DNA from: an uncultured Candidatus Saccharibacteria bacterium
GTDB lineage: Bacteria; Patescibacteriota; Saccharimonadia; Saccharimonadales; JAGQNJ01
Reading direction: 5' to 3'
Assembly (NCBI GenBank): GCA_965231045.1
Contig: OZ246406.1
Location: forward strand, 578,208-642,207
DNA: 64,000 nucleotides
This document shows positions 45,779-53,480 of this stretch, piece by piece (the first letter of the stretch is position 1; the number at the start of each line of letters is the position of its first letter). A program made the position numbers and the translations under genes. Under the pieces are notes generated by a model. It was given only the letters and a program-made list of their open reading frames with translations. It made no database searches and was not told the origin of the DNA.

Positions 45779-46882
45779 CTATTTTTCGTCTTCTGTCTCT
45801 GTATTTTCTTCTTTTTCTGATTCAACTTTTTCTACTGGCTCAATTGTTTTATCATCAATGACAATCGTTTCGTCTATCTTTGCTTCTTTGGATTTTTTCT
45901 TTTTTGAAACGGCAGATTTGTCATGATGTCTTTCAAAGTCAGAGTTAGGCATATCACCAAGCATCTGTCTTACGACTTCTGTAATACTCAAAACTCCAAT
46001 GATATCTTCCTTGTCATTCACGACAATGAAAAGTGGATGCTTGGTTTCAGCAATAGTGTTAAAAGCCTCCGAAACTTTATCGTCCTCGTGCAGATAGAGA
46101 ATACGCTTAACCATAACGTCCTTTACGAAACCGCCAGCTTTAGCATCAAGCATATCGGCTATTCCCAATACACCCACAAGATTCTTCTTATCGCCACCCT
46201 CGTAAACTGGGAAGTGACTATGCCCGCTGGAATGTAATTCATCCATTAGCACGGGCCCAACCATATCGTGAGTTGTAACTAACTTTACTTTTCGCCAAGG
46301 TGTCATAATGTCACCCACTTTGCGGTCGCTCAGTACAAGCATATTGGCCACGATATTAAGATCGTGCTTGCTAACTCGGTTATCAATCTGAGCTTTTTGC
46401 TGAGCAATGAACTCCAGAATGTCATCTTTGGTATATAGGCCAGTGTGGACAGTTATAGGTCGGAATCGAGAGATAAAATTAAACAATCTAACTAATGGGG
46501 TGTGTAGCCATTCAAGAATGGCTGCCAATGGTCGAGCCACAAGTCTGGCAATCAGCACACCTGGCCGGGTTATGTGTGATCCAGGCATCCATGCAAACCC
46601 AAACCAAATACAGGCAACACAACCAAACAAGGCAACTGGCCAAGGCAGATTAACAGATAAGAACACAAAAAATCCACCGGCACTAAGTCCAATTATCATC
46701 CATAGAAACATGTCTAAACTCAACCCGTACGCAACGACTCGATAGAACAATCTTGATATGTCATCACCCTGATTGGCCTGCCTCTTCAGCTCTCTCACAG
46801 GAACATGATGGTATGTTTTCTGTAGTGAAATAGCAATGAAGAGCAAACTGGCCAATAGTAGACCGAGTAAAAACGTTAGCAT
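45779..46882 (-). CDS. CNNM/CorC-family transporter (DUF21 plus CBS pair) with acidic tail
   Basis: A 4-TM N-terminal domain is followed by tandem CBS-like segments. Confidence 0.75.
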   Translation of the reverse strand: MLTFLLGLLLASLLFIAISLQKTYHHVPVRELKRQANQGDDISRLFYRVVAYGLSLDMFLWMIIGLSAGGFFVFLSVNLPWPVALFGCVACIWFGFAWMPGSHITRPGVLIARLVARPLAAILEWLHTPLVRLFNFISRFRPITVHTGLYTKDDILEFIAQQKAQIDNRVSKHDLNIVANMLVLSDRKVGDIMTPWRKVKLVTTHDMVGPVLMDELHSSGHSHFPVYEGGDKKNLVGVLGIADMLDAKAGGFVKDVMVKRILYLHEDDKVSEAFNTIAETKHPLFIVVNDKEDIIGVLSITEVVRQMLGDMPNSDFERHHDKSAVSKKKKSKEAKIDETIVIDDKTIEPVEKVESEKEENTETEDEK

Positions 46883-46968
46883 GTTCCCATATTACGTTTT
46901 TTGGACTGATTTTCAAAGTCCGTCAAAATTCAGGTATGATATAAGGACAAAAAGGAGAGTTAGTACGT

Positions 46969-47637
46969 ATGGATAAACGATTTTTAATTGTGTTGGCAGC
47001 CCTTGTAGTTCTGTTTGGTGGATTTGTTTGGTTTTCAAAATCAAAAGAAAAGGCCAAAGCCCCATCAGGTGGTAATGAGTCTCTAGTAACTTCCCATGTC
47101 CAAGGAGCTGGCAAGAAAAACGTTACCTTAGTTGAATACGGTGACTTCCAGTGCCCAGCTTGTGGGGCGTATTTCCCAATCGTTGAACAAGTTCGCAAGA
47201 AATATGGTGATGATATTAAATTCCAATTCCGTAACTTTCCTCTTGTTCAAGTTCATCAAAATGCCATGGCCGGTCATCGTGCAGCCGAAGCCGCAAATAT
47301 GCAAGGTAAGTTTTGGGATATGTACGAGCTCCTATATACCAACCAGCAATCCTGGAGCAATACCAGTAACCCAACGGCCGTAATGGAACAATATGCTGCT
47401 CAGATAGGCCTTGATATTAATAAGTTCAAACAAGATTACTCGAGCTCAAAAGTTAATGACATCATTAACGCCGACATCAGCTCCGGCCAATCACTAAATG
47501 TTAGTTCTACGCCAACGTTCTTTCTTAATGGTAAAAAGCTCGATCCATCACCTGACCGTTCTGTAGAAGCGTTTAGCAAACTCATCGATGACGCGATCAA
47601 CAGCTCGGCAGGGTCTACTAAATCAAATAGCCAATAA
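46969..47637 (+). CDS. DsbA-family thiol:disulfide oxidoreductase
   Basis: Has an N-terminal anchor and the active site FQCPAC in a thioredoxin fold. Confidence 0.8.
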   Translation: MDKRFLIVLAALVVLFGGFVWFSKSKEKAKAPSGGNESLVTSHVQGAGKKNVTLVEYGDFQCPACGAYFPIVEQVRKKYGDDIKFQFRNFPLVQVHQNAMAGHRAAEAANMQGKFWDMYELLYTNQQSWSNTSNPTAVMEQYAAQIGLDINKFKQDYSSSKVNDIINADISSGQSLNVSSTPTFFLNGKKLDPSPDRSVEAFSKLIDDAINSSAGSTKSNSQ

Positions 47638-47643
47638 AGAAAT

Positions 47644-47663
47644 CAGCCAAGATATCTTGGCTG
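47644..47663. terminator. 20-nt perfect palindrome CAGCCAAGAT/ATCTTGGCTG, terminator-like (T-rich tract on the minus strand)
   Basis: Read directly from the sequence. It lies between the DsbA stop and the 13-mer motif. Confidence 0.5.
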
Positions 47664-47694
47664 TGACAGAGGTGAAAACTAATATTTTTATATA

Positions 47695-47787
47695 TTAGTA
47701 GTTGATAAATTGTTGCCATGCTGGTCGCTTGACTTGTACAGCAACGTACAATCTTCGCGATGGCATAACTTTAACTTTTACGGGCAT
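47695..47787 (-). CDS. Candidate 30-aa basic small ORF (MPVKVKVMPSRRLYVAVQVKRPAWQQFINY)
   Basis: It lies below the ORF-track cutoff. A strong AAGGAG RBS sits 8 nt upstream, and the palindrome at 47644-47663 follows. Confidence 0.3.
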   Translation of the reverse strand: MPVKVKVMPSRRLYVAVQVKRPAWQQFINY

Positions 47788-47977
47788 TTTGCTCGCTCCT
47801 TTTTTGTTTTATTGATTTTGTAAATATGCAAGATGCTTTCCACTAGAGCAATCTTGCTTGCGATTTTTTTTGTTTTATTTTTGTCTTCTACAGTATCAGT
47901 GTTAACCACCTGCACTGCAACGAAGTGTACTCTTATTTTTGCATAAGCGTTTCAACCTTGTCAACTATTTTCCAACA

Positions 47978-47996
47978 GATAATAATTATCAATTTT
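47978..47996 (+). promoter_or_regulatory. Fur-box-like AT-rich operator candidate overlapping the NRAMP promoter
   Basis: GATAATAATTATCAATTTT matches the Fur consensus GATAATGATAATCATTATC at 14 of 19 positions. TTGTCA-17-AATAAT lies adjacent. Confidence 0.3.
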
Positions 47997-48033
47997 ATAA
48001 TTTGTCATATATACTCCAAATAGAGTAAAAACA

Positions 48034-49401
48034 ATGAAAAAAGATATTGTAACAAAAAGTATTGAAGCTCCTGCTGAACTGTTAGATAAAACCCTTGAGA
48101 CCACTCAAGACATTGGACGTCGCCTACAAAATGACAAGACGCTAAAAAGAGGCAAAGATTACTGGGATACACTAGGGCCAGGCCTTACGACGGGCGCATC
48201 TGACGATGACCCATCTGGAATTGCTACATACTCTCAAGCTGGTGCACAGTTTGGGTTCCAGCTCCTTTGGATGGCAGCCTTTACCTTTCCTCTTATGTCC
48301 GTGGTTCAAGAAATGTGTGCTCGTATCGGTTTGGTAACTGGTCGCGGTTTAGCAGCGAATATTCGTATAGTTTTATCCCGAAGAGTCTTATATATATGTT
48401 CAATTCTACTTTTTGCGGCCAATGCCTTTAACATTGGGGCCGACTTAGGAGCAATGGCAAAAGGCGCTCAACTTATAGCTCCGGGATTCAATTTTACTTT
48501 GTTAGTTATTGGATTTGCCATATTGATGCTTGGACTACAGATATTTACTCCTTATGAACGATACGCAAAATATCTTAAGTGGTTAGCCATGGTTTTGTTC
48601 GCCTATATTCTGTCTGCAATTTTGGCACACCTTAACTGGAGCGATGTTTTACATCATGCTGTAGTTCCACATATAACATTCAGCAAAGAACAAATTTTAT
48701 TAATCTGCGCCATCCTAGGTACGACTATTTCACCTTATCTATTCTTTTGGCAAACATCACAAGAGGTTGAAGACCAAATTGCTCAAGGCAAAACAACTGT
48801 GCCAATGCGACAAGGCGCTTCTAAGCAGGAAGTAAAGAGTATGCGTATAGATGTTTGGTCAGGCATGCTCTTATCTAATCTTGTTATGTTCTTTATTATC
48901 GCAGCATGTGGTGCTCTGTTATTTACTAAAGGTATAACAAACATTGATTCTGCTGCCCAGGCCGCAGAAGCGCTAAGGCCATTTGCCGGTAATGCTTCAT
49001 ACTTCCTTTTTGCAGCCGGGATTATTGGTACGGGGCTCCTAGCAATACCTGTTTTAGCCGGCTCAAGTTCATACGCCATTTCTGAAAGCCTCAAAAAACA
49101 AGGCAGTTTGAGCAAAAATCTCAAACAAGCCTATGCTTTTTATGGTGTGATTATTATTTCAATGATGGTTGGCCTTGCTATTAATTTTATTGGGCTTAAC
49201 CCAATAAAGGCATTGATTTATTCTGCAGTAGCTAACGGAATTGTTGCACCAGTAGTGCTGGTATTGATATTGCTAATTAGCAGTAATAAAAAAGTTATGG
49301 GTGAATGGGTTAATGGACCAATAACTAAAATAGTCGGATGGTCCACGACCGTACTAATGATTGCAGCGGGTGGAGCAGCAATCTTTGCACTATTTTCATA
49401 G
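48034..49401 (+). CDS. NRAMP-family divalent metal transporter (copy 1)
   Basis: An 11-12 TM protein with GPGLTTGASDDDPSGIATYSQAGAQFG. Confidence 0.8.
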   Translation: MKKDIVTKSIEAPAELLDKTLETTQDIGRRLQNDKTLKRGKDYWDTLGPGLTTGASDDDPSGIATYSQAGAQFGFQLLWMAAFTFPLMSVVQEMCARIGLVTGRGLAANIRIVLSRRVLYICSILLFAANAFNIGADLGAMAKGAQLIAPGFNFTLLVIGFAILMLGLQIFTPYERYAKYLKWLAMVLFAYILSAILAHLNWSDVLHHAVVPHITFSKEQILLICAILGTTISPYLFFWQTSQEVEDQIAQGKTTVPMRQGASKQEVKSMRIDVWSGMLLSNLVMFFIIAACGALLFTKGITNIDSAAQAAEALRPFAGNASYFLFAAGIIGTGLLAIPVLAGSSSYAISESLKKQGSLSKNLKQAYAFYGVIIISMMVGLAINFIGLNPIKALIYSAVANGIVAPVVLVLILLISSNKKVMGEWVNGPITKIVGWSTTVLMIAAGGAAIFALFS

Positions 49402-49455
49402 ACTACTCTTAAGTGTTTAAGTGATATGATTATGTAAAGCTTAAGCATATTATTT

Positions 49456-50844
49456 ATGGCAAACAGAATAACTCCCAATAAAGCCCTTAAGACAGCCGAG
49501 AAGGACCTAAAAAAGTCTGAGAAGATTGTCACAAATAATTTACGTAAATACGTGCTAAATCGTAAAAGATTTGGTAGGTTCCTACGTATATTAGGGCCCG
49601 GTCTTGTTACAGGCGCTGCTGATGATGATCCGTCTGGAATTGCAACTTACTCTCAGGCAGGTGCCGGCTTTGGCTATGGTTTGCTATGGGCATTTCCTTT
49701 AATGTTTCCGCTTTTACTGGCCGTACAAGAATCATGCGCTCGTATCGGTGCAATTACAGGTAAAGGTTTAGCCGCCGTTATTAAAGAAAACTATAACAAA
49801 AAACTCCTGTATCTTTGTGTAATATTAGTTGTAGTTGCTAACACCATAAATATTGGAGCCGATTTGGGGGCTATGGCAGCAACAACCCAATTATTAGTCC
49901 CCGTATCGTTTGCAGCATTAGCGATATTTTTTGCAGTAGTTATCGTCTTGCTGGAAATCTTTGTTAGTTATAAAACGTATGCTCGCATACTTAAGTGGCT
50001 CGCCCTTGCCCTATTTGCCTATCCGATAACCGCATTTATTGTTGGGCAACCATGGGGTGAAGTTATTAAGGCAACCTTTCACCCGGCCCTGCATTTCGAT
50101 TTTACGACTGTCTATATTTTAGTGGGCATGATTGGTACTACAATTTCGCCTTATTTGTTTTTTTGGGATACGTCAGAAGTTGTTGAAGGTGAACTGGCTA
50201 GCAAACGACTAAGCTCAGCTGGCAGTACACCAAAAATAACTAAACATTTCTTGCACAGCATAAGAGTTGATAACTTCACTGGAATGGCTTTAGCAAGCAT
50301 CGGTGCATGGTTTATCGTGGTAACCTGTGCTTCAGTACTATTCAAAAATGGCATTACTCAGATTAACACTGCAGCTGATGCTGCTCGAGCAATTGAGCCA
50401 CTTGTTAAGAATTTCCCGAATGCCGGGATAATAGCCAAGCTTATTTTCTCTGTCGGAATTTTAGGTCTTGGCCTGTTAGCTGTTCCTGTTTTGGCAGGAT
50501 CAAGTTCATACGCAATAACTGAAGCCTTGGGTTGGAAAGAGGGTCTAAACCGTAAGTTCAAAAGAGCTGTGGGATTTTATGTGGTTATTATTATTGCCAC
50601 ATTATTAGGGCTAGGCATGAATTTCCTAGGTATTGACCCAATAAAAGCCTTAGTATTTACAGCTGTATTTAATGGTATAGCTGCCGTACCGTTATTATTT
50701 ATGATTGCTCGAGTTGGTAATAACCGGGCAATTATGGGACAGTACAAAAATAGTCATTTATCTAATATTTTTGTCAGATTGGCGTTTCTAACAATGTTAG
50801 CTGCGGTTATTGTCTTATTTTATACATTTGTAACTAAGGCGTGA
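49456..50844 (+). CDS. NRAMP-family divalent metal transporter (copy 2, tandem paralogue)
   Basis: Contains GPGLVTGAADDDPSGIATYSQAGAGFG and is colinear with copy 1. Confidence 0.8.
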   Translation: MANRITPNKALKTAEKDLKKSEKIVTNNLRKYVLNRKRFGRFLRILGPGLVTGAADDDPSGIATYSQAGAGFGYGLLWAFPLMFPLLLAVQESCARIGAITGKGLAAVIKENYNKKLLYLCVILVVVANTINIGADLGAMAATTQLLVPVSFAALAIFFAVVIVLLEIFVSYKTYARILKWLALALFAYPITAFIVGQPWGEVIKATFHPALHFDFTTVYILVGMIGTTISPYLFFWDTSEVVEGELASKRLSSAGSTPKITKHFLHSIRVDNFTGMALASIGAWFIVVTCASVLFKNGITQINTAADAARAIEPLVKNFPNAGIIAKLIFSVGILGLGLLAVPVLAGSSSYAITEALGWKEGLNRKFKRAVGFYVVIIIATLLGLGMNFLGIDPIKALVFTAVFNGIAAVPLLFMIARVGNNRAIMGQYKNSHLSNIFVRLAFLTMLAAVIVLFYTFVTKA

Positions 50845-50899
50845 GGTTTGCAGATATAAATCTATCCATGTAGAGTGAATATGAGGAAATAAAACAAAC

Positions 50900-52588
50900 A
50901 TGCATAATTCCATTTTTATAGAACTCTCGGCACTGCTTGCACTTTGTGCGGTTATTGGCATGATTATGCGCGCACTCAGACAGCCACTGTTGATTGGCTA
51001 TATACTTACTGGGCTAATCGTAGGGCCTTCAGTTCTTGCTTTGTTTAAAAGTACCGAAGCCACTCAGGTTATGGGGAGTTTTGGTGTCGCCTTACTATTG
51101 TTTATTGTTGGTCTTGGCCTGAATCCTAAAGTAATAAAAGAAGTTGGTAAAGTCTCGCTCTTTGCTGGTATGGGACAAATTGTATTTACCACTAGTGTTG
51201 GTTTTGTTTTAGTTCACGCTCTGGGTTACGATACGACAACATCAATATACGTTGGTCTGGCTCTAGCATTTAGTAGCACCATTATTATTCTTAAGCTGCT
51301 TAGTGATAAAAAGGAACAGCATAAACTCTACGGAAAAATTGCCGTTGGTATGTTGTTGGTTCAGGATATAACAGCATGTATCGCTTTAATTGCAGCCAGT
51401 GCCAGTACAAGCGGCAACTTCAACTTAAATGAGCTAATATGGCTAATTCTTAAAGGAAGTTTACTGGTCTGTGGCACCATTTTGTTCAGCCAAGTTATCA
51501 TAAAACCGCTCAATCGATTTCTTAGTCGATCGCAAGAGCTGCTTTTCTTATTTGCACTGGCTTGGGGTTTTGGTATAGCCACAATTTTTTACTTGAGTGG
51601 ATTTTCTGTGGAGATTGGCGCCTTGCTGGCCGGAGTTTGCATGGCTAGCATGCCATATGCTCAGGAAGTAGGTTCGCGTCTTAGACCATTACGTGATTTC
51701 TTTATAGTCGTATTCTTTATAACACTTGGTGCAAGCGTAAATATCCGAACACTTGGTAACTTATTTTGGCAAGCGATTGCCTTATCATTATTCATATTAG
51801 TTGTTAAACCACTGATTGTAATGATCATTATGGGGGCACTAGGTTACACGAAAAAAACCAGTTTTGCGACCGGTGTTGTCATGGGTCAAATTAGTGAATT
51901 TTCATTAATTCTTTTGCTACTTGGGGTTGCCAATAATCAAATTAACAGCCAGGCAGTTTCATTGGTTACGGTCATGGGCATAGGGACTATCGCCCTATCG
52001 TCTTACTTTATTACTTATTCAGATGGTATATATAAGTTTATTGAAAATTATTTGCCGCTGTTCGAGCGAAAAAAAGTACGCAAAGAACAAGAGAAACATA
52101 AAGCCTACGACGCTATATTGTTTGGTTTTCAGCGTGGCGGAGTAGAGTTCGTAGATGTTTTAGAAAAGGTCTCCAAGAAATATATAGTTATTGATTATGA
52201 TCCTGAGTCGATTGATCAAATGGATCGTCGGCATATTCCATATATTTATGGCGATGCGACTGACTTTGAACTACTTGAGGAAATTAATTTTGATGGAGCC
52301 AAGCTTGTTGTATCAATAATCACCGACTTTGATACCAACGTATTCCTACTTAAACACCTGCAGCAACACAACCCAAATGCTGTTATGGTTTGCCATGCCG
52401 ATAAAGTAGAACAAGCAGTTGAGCTGTATGGATTGGGCGCTAGCTTTGTTGTAATGCCTCACTTCATCGGCAACGAAAAGGTTAGCGCGTTTATACGAAA
52501 GAATGGTTACAAGAAATCTGAGTTTAAGCGCTACCGTGACAAGCACTTATCATACTTACAAAATCACTTTGGCCTAGAAGAGTCGTAG
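50900..52588 (+). CDS. Cation:proton antiporter (CPA2/Kef-type) with C-terminal TrkA-N/RCK-like domain
   Basis: About 12 TM segments of the Na_H_exchanger type are followed by a soluble Rossmann-like C-terminus. Confidence 0.8.
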   Translation: MHNSIFIELSALLALCAVIGMIMRALRQPLLIGYILTGLIVGPSVLALFKSTEATQVMGSFGVALLLFIVGLGLNPKVIKEVGKVSLFAGMGQIVFTTSVGFVLVHALGYDTTTSIYVGLALAFSSTIIILKLLSDKKEQHKLYGKIAVGMLLVQDITACIALIAASASTSGNFNLNELIWLILKGSLLVCGTILFSQVIIKPLNRFLSRSQELLFLFALAWGFGIATIFYLSGFSVEIGALLAGVCMASMPYAQEVGSRLRPLRDFFIVVFFITLGASVNIRTLGNLFWQAIALSLFILVVKPLIVMIIMGALGYTKKTSFATGVVMGQISEFSLILLLLGVANNQINSQAVSLVTVMGIGTIALSSYFITYSDGIYKFIENYLPLFERKKVRKEQEKHKAYDAILFGFQRGGVEFVDVLEKVSKKYIVIDYDPESIDQMDRRHIPYIYGDATDFELLEEINFDGAKLVVSIITDFDTNVFLLKHLQQHNPNAVMVCHADKVEQAVELYGLGASFVVMPHFIGNEKVSAFIRKNGYKKSEFKRYRDKHLSYLQNHFGLEES

Positions 52589-53169
52589 ATCTTATTCTTT
52601 AATATGTAAGCCTGGACGTCTTTGTGTAAGATATCGCTATGCCCAATATTTTTTAGGTCTTTTTTGGCATTAGATGATGAGTATCTGGGCAAAATAGGTG
52701 GCAATATTTGAAAGGAGCTGCTTGGGTGTTTCTTTTTAATCTTGGCCGTCTGAGATTGCATTTCGGCTTTCTGTTCATTGCTACGCAAAACGACACACAC
52801 TTCAGCTTCCTTTAGTAATTTATCAATGCCTTCCCATTCACCCATATGCTTTAACATATCTGATCCAATGATAATTACTGGTTTGTGATCTGGGTATCGC
52901 TTGTGAATCATTTTAAGCGTTGCGTCGGTTGTAATGTTCGGTTCTTTCGATCCGACAACTTCAAATTTATCATGGTGTTCCACGGCAGTTTTCAGCATTT
53001 TTAGACGATCTTCGTAGTTGGCAATTCTCTCCTTGCGGTGTGGGGATTTTTCAATCATAAATAAAACTTTATCAAGCCCCATAATCATTTGGGCGGACAA
53101 AGCCACCTCAATATGCCCGACATGTACCGGATCAAACGTGCCACTAAAAATCCCGATCTTATTCGTCAA
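52564..53169 (-). CDS. nadD: Nicotinate-nucleotide adenylyltransferase
   Basis: Contains GIFSGTFDPVHVGH (HxGH). The TTG start at 53169 lies 6 nt after the AAGGAG RBS, whereas the ORF-track start at 53175 abuts the RBS. Confidence 0.85.
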   Translation of the reverse strand: MTNKIGIFSGTFDPVHVGHIEVALSAQMIMGLDKVLFMIEKSPHRKERIANYEDRLKMLKTAVEHHDKFEVVGSKEPNITTDATLKMIHKRYPDHKPVIIIGSDMLKHMGEWEGIDKLLKEAEVCVVLRSNEQKAEMQSQTAKIKKKHPSSSFQILPPILPRYSSSNAKKDLKNIGHSDILHKDVQAYILKNKIYDSSRPK

Positions 53170-53188
53170 GTCCAACTCCTTCGCAGCA
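53166..53188. repeat. Direct repeat copy A (nadD RBS/start region)
   Basis: tcaagtccaactccttcgcagca matches 53286-53308 at 22 of 23 positions. Confidence 0.9.
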
Positions 53189-53279
53189 ATTACGGCTTCG
53201 CCTTATGAGACAAACCAAGGTTTTTCTCATCGCGCCGGGCGTGGAGTAAATCCACTGCACGGGCTGCTCTTTTCCTGCT

Positions 53280-53480
53280 CTAATTATCAAGTCCAACTCC
53301 TTCACAGCATTTTGTAGGCATTTTGCATTCGGGGCAAACAAAATGACCATGAACCGGGATTATTGGGTAGTGTCCGCAGTTATCACAAAAGAATTCAGGT
53401 GACTTTTCACTAATTAGCTGCTCATAAATTTCGTCAGGCTGCGATTGCTTCTGGTTGTTGGTGCTCTCTTGGGAGTTCAT
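53280..53480 (-). CDS. Small zinc-ribbon protein (66 aa from ATG; 72 aa from TTG 53498)
   Basis: Contains CDNC-x15-CPEC and a terminal CC. It overlaps the 3' end of 53434..55035 in the +1 frame. Confidence 0.5.
   Translation of the reverse strand: MNSQESTNNQKQSQPDEIYEQLISEKSPEFFCDNCGHYPIIPVHGHFVCPECKMPTKCCEGVGLDN
53286..53308. repeat. Direct repeat copy B (3' end of the zinc-ribbon ORF)
   Basis: tcaagtccaactccttcacagca lies 120 bp from copy A. Confidence 0.9.

Noticed and set aside
47800-48033. A yybP-ykoY (Mn2+) riboswitch was considered upstream of the NRAMP genes.
   Set aside because: I could not find the conserved GGAGAGUAG/GACAUA-type cores. Only an AT-rich promoter region and one hairpin (GCAAGAT...ATCTTGC) are present.
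53159-53350. 63-aa ORF ending in CCEGVGLDE.
   Set aside because: As drawn, it is an artefact of the 23-nt duplication. Its upstream part overlaps the zinc-ribbon ORF out of frame. Only the shorter 43-aa version starting at the duplicated RBS/TTG is mentioned, and only as a possibility in the findings.
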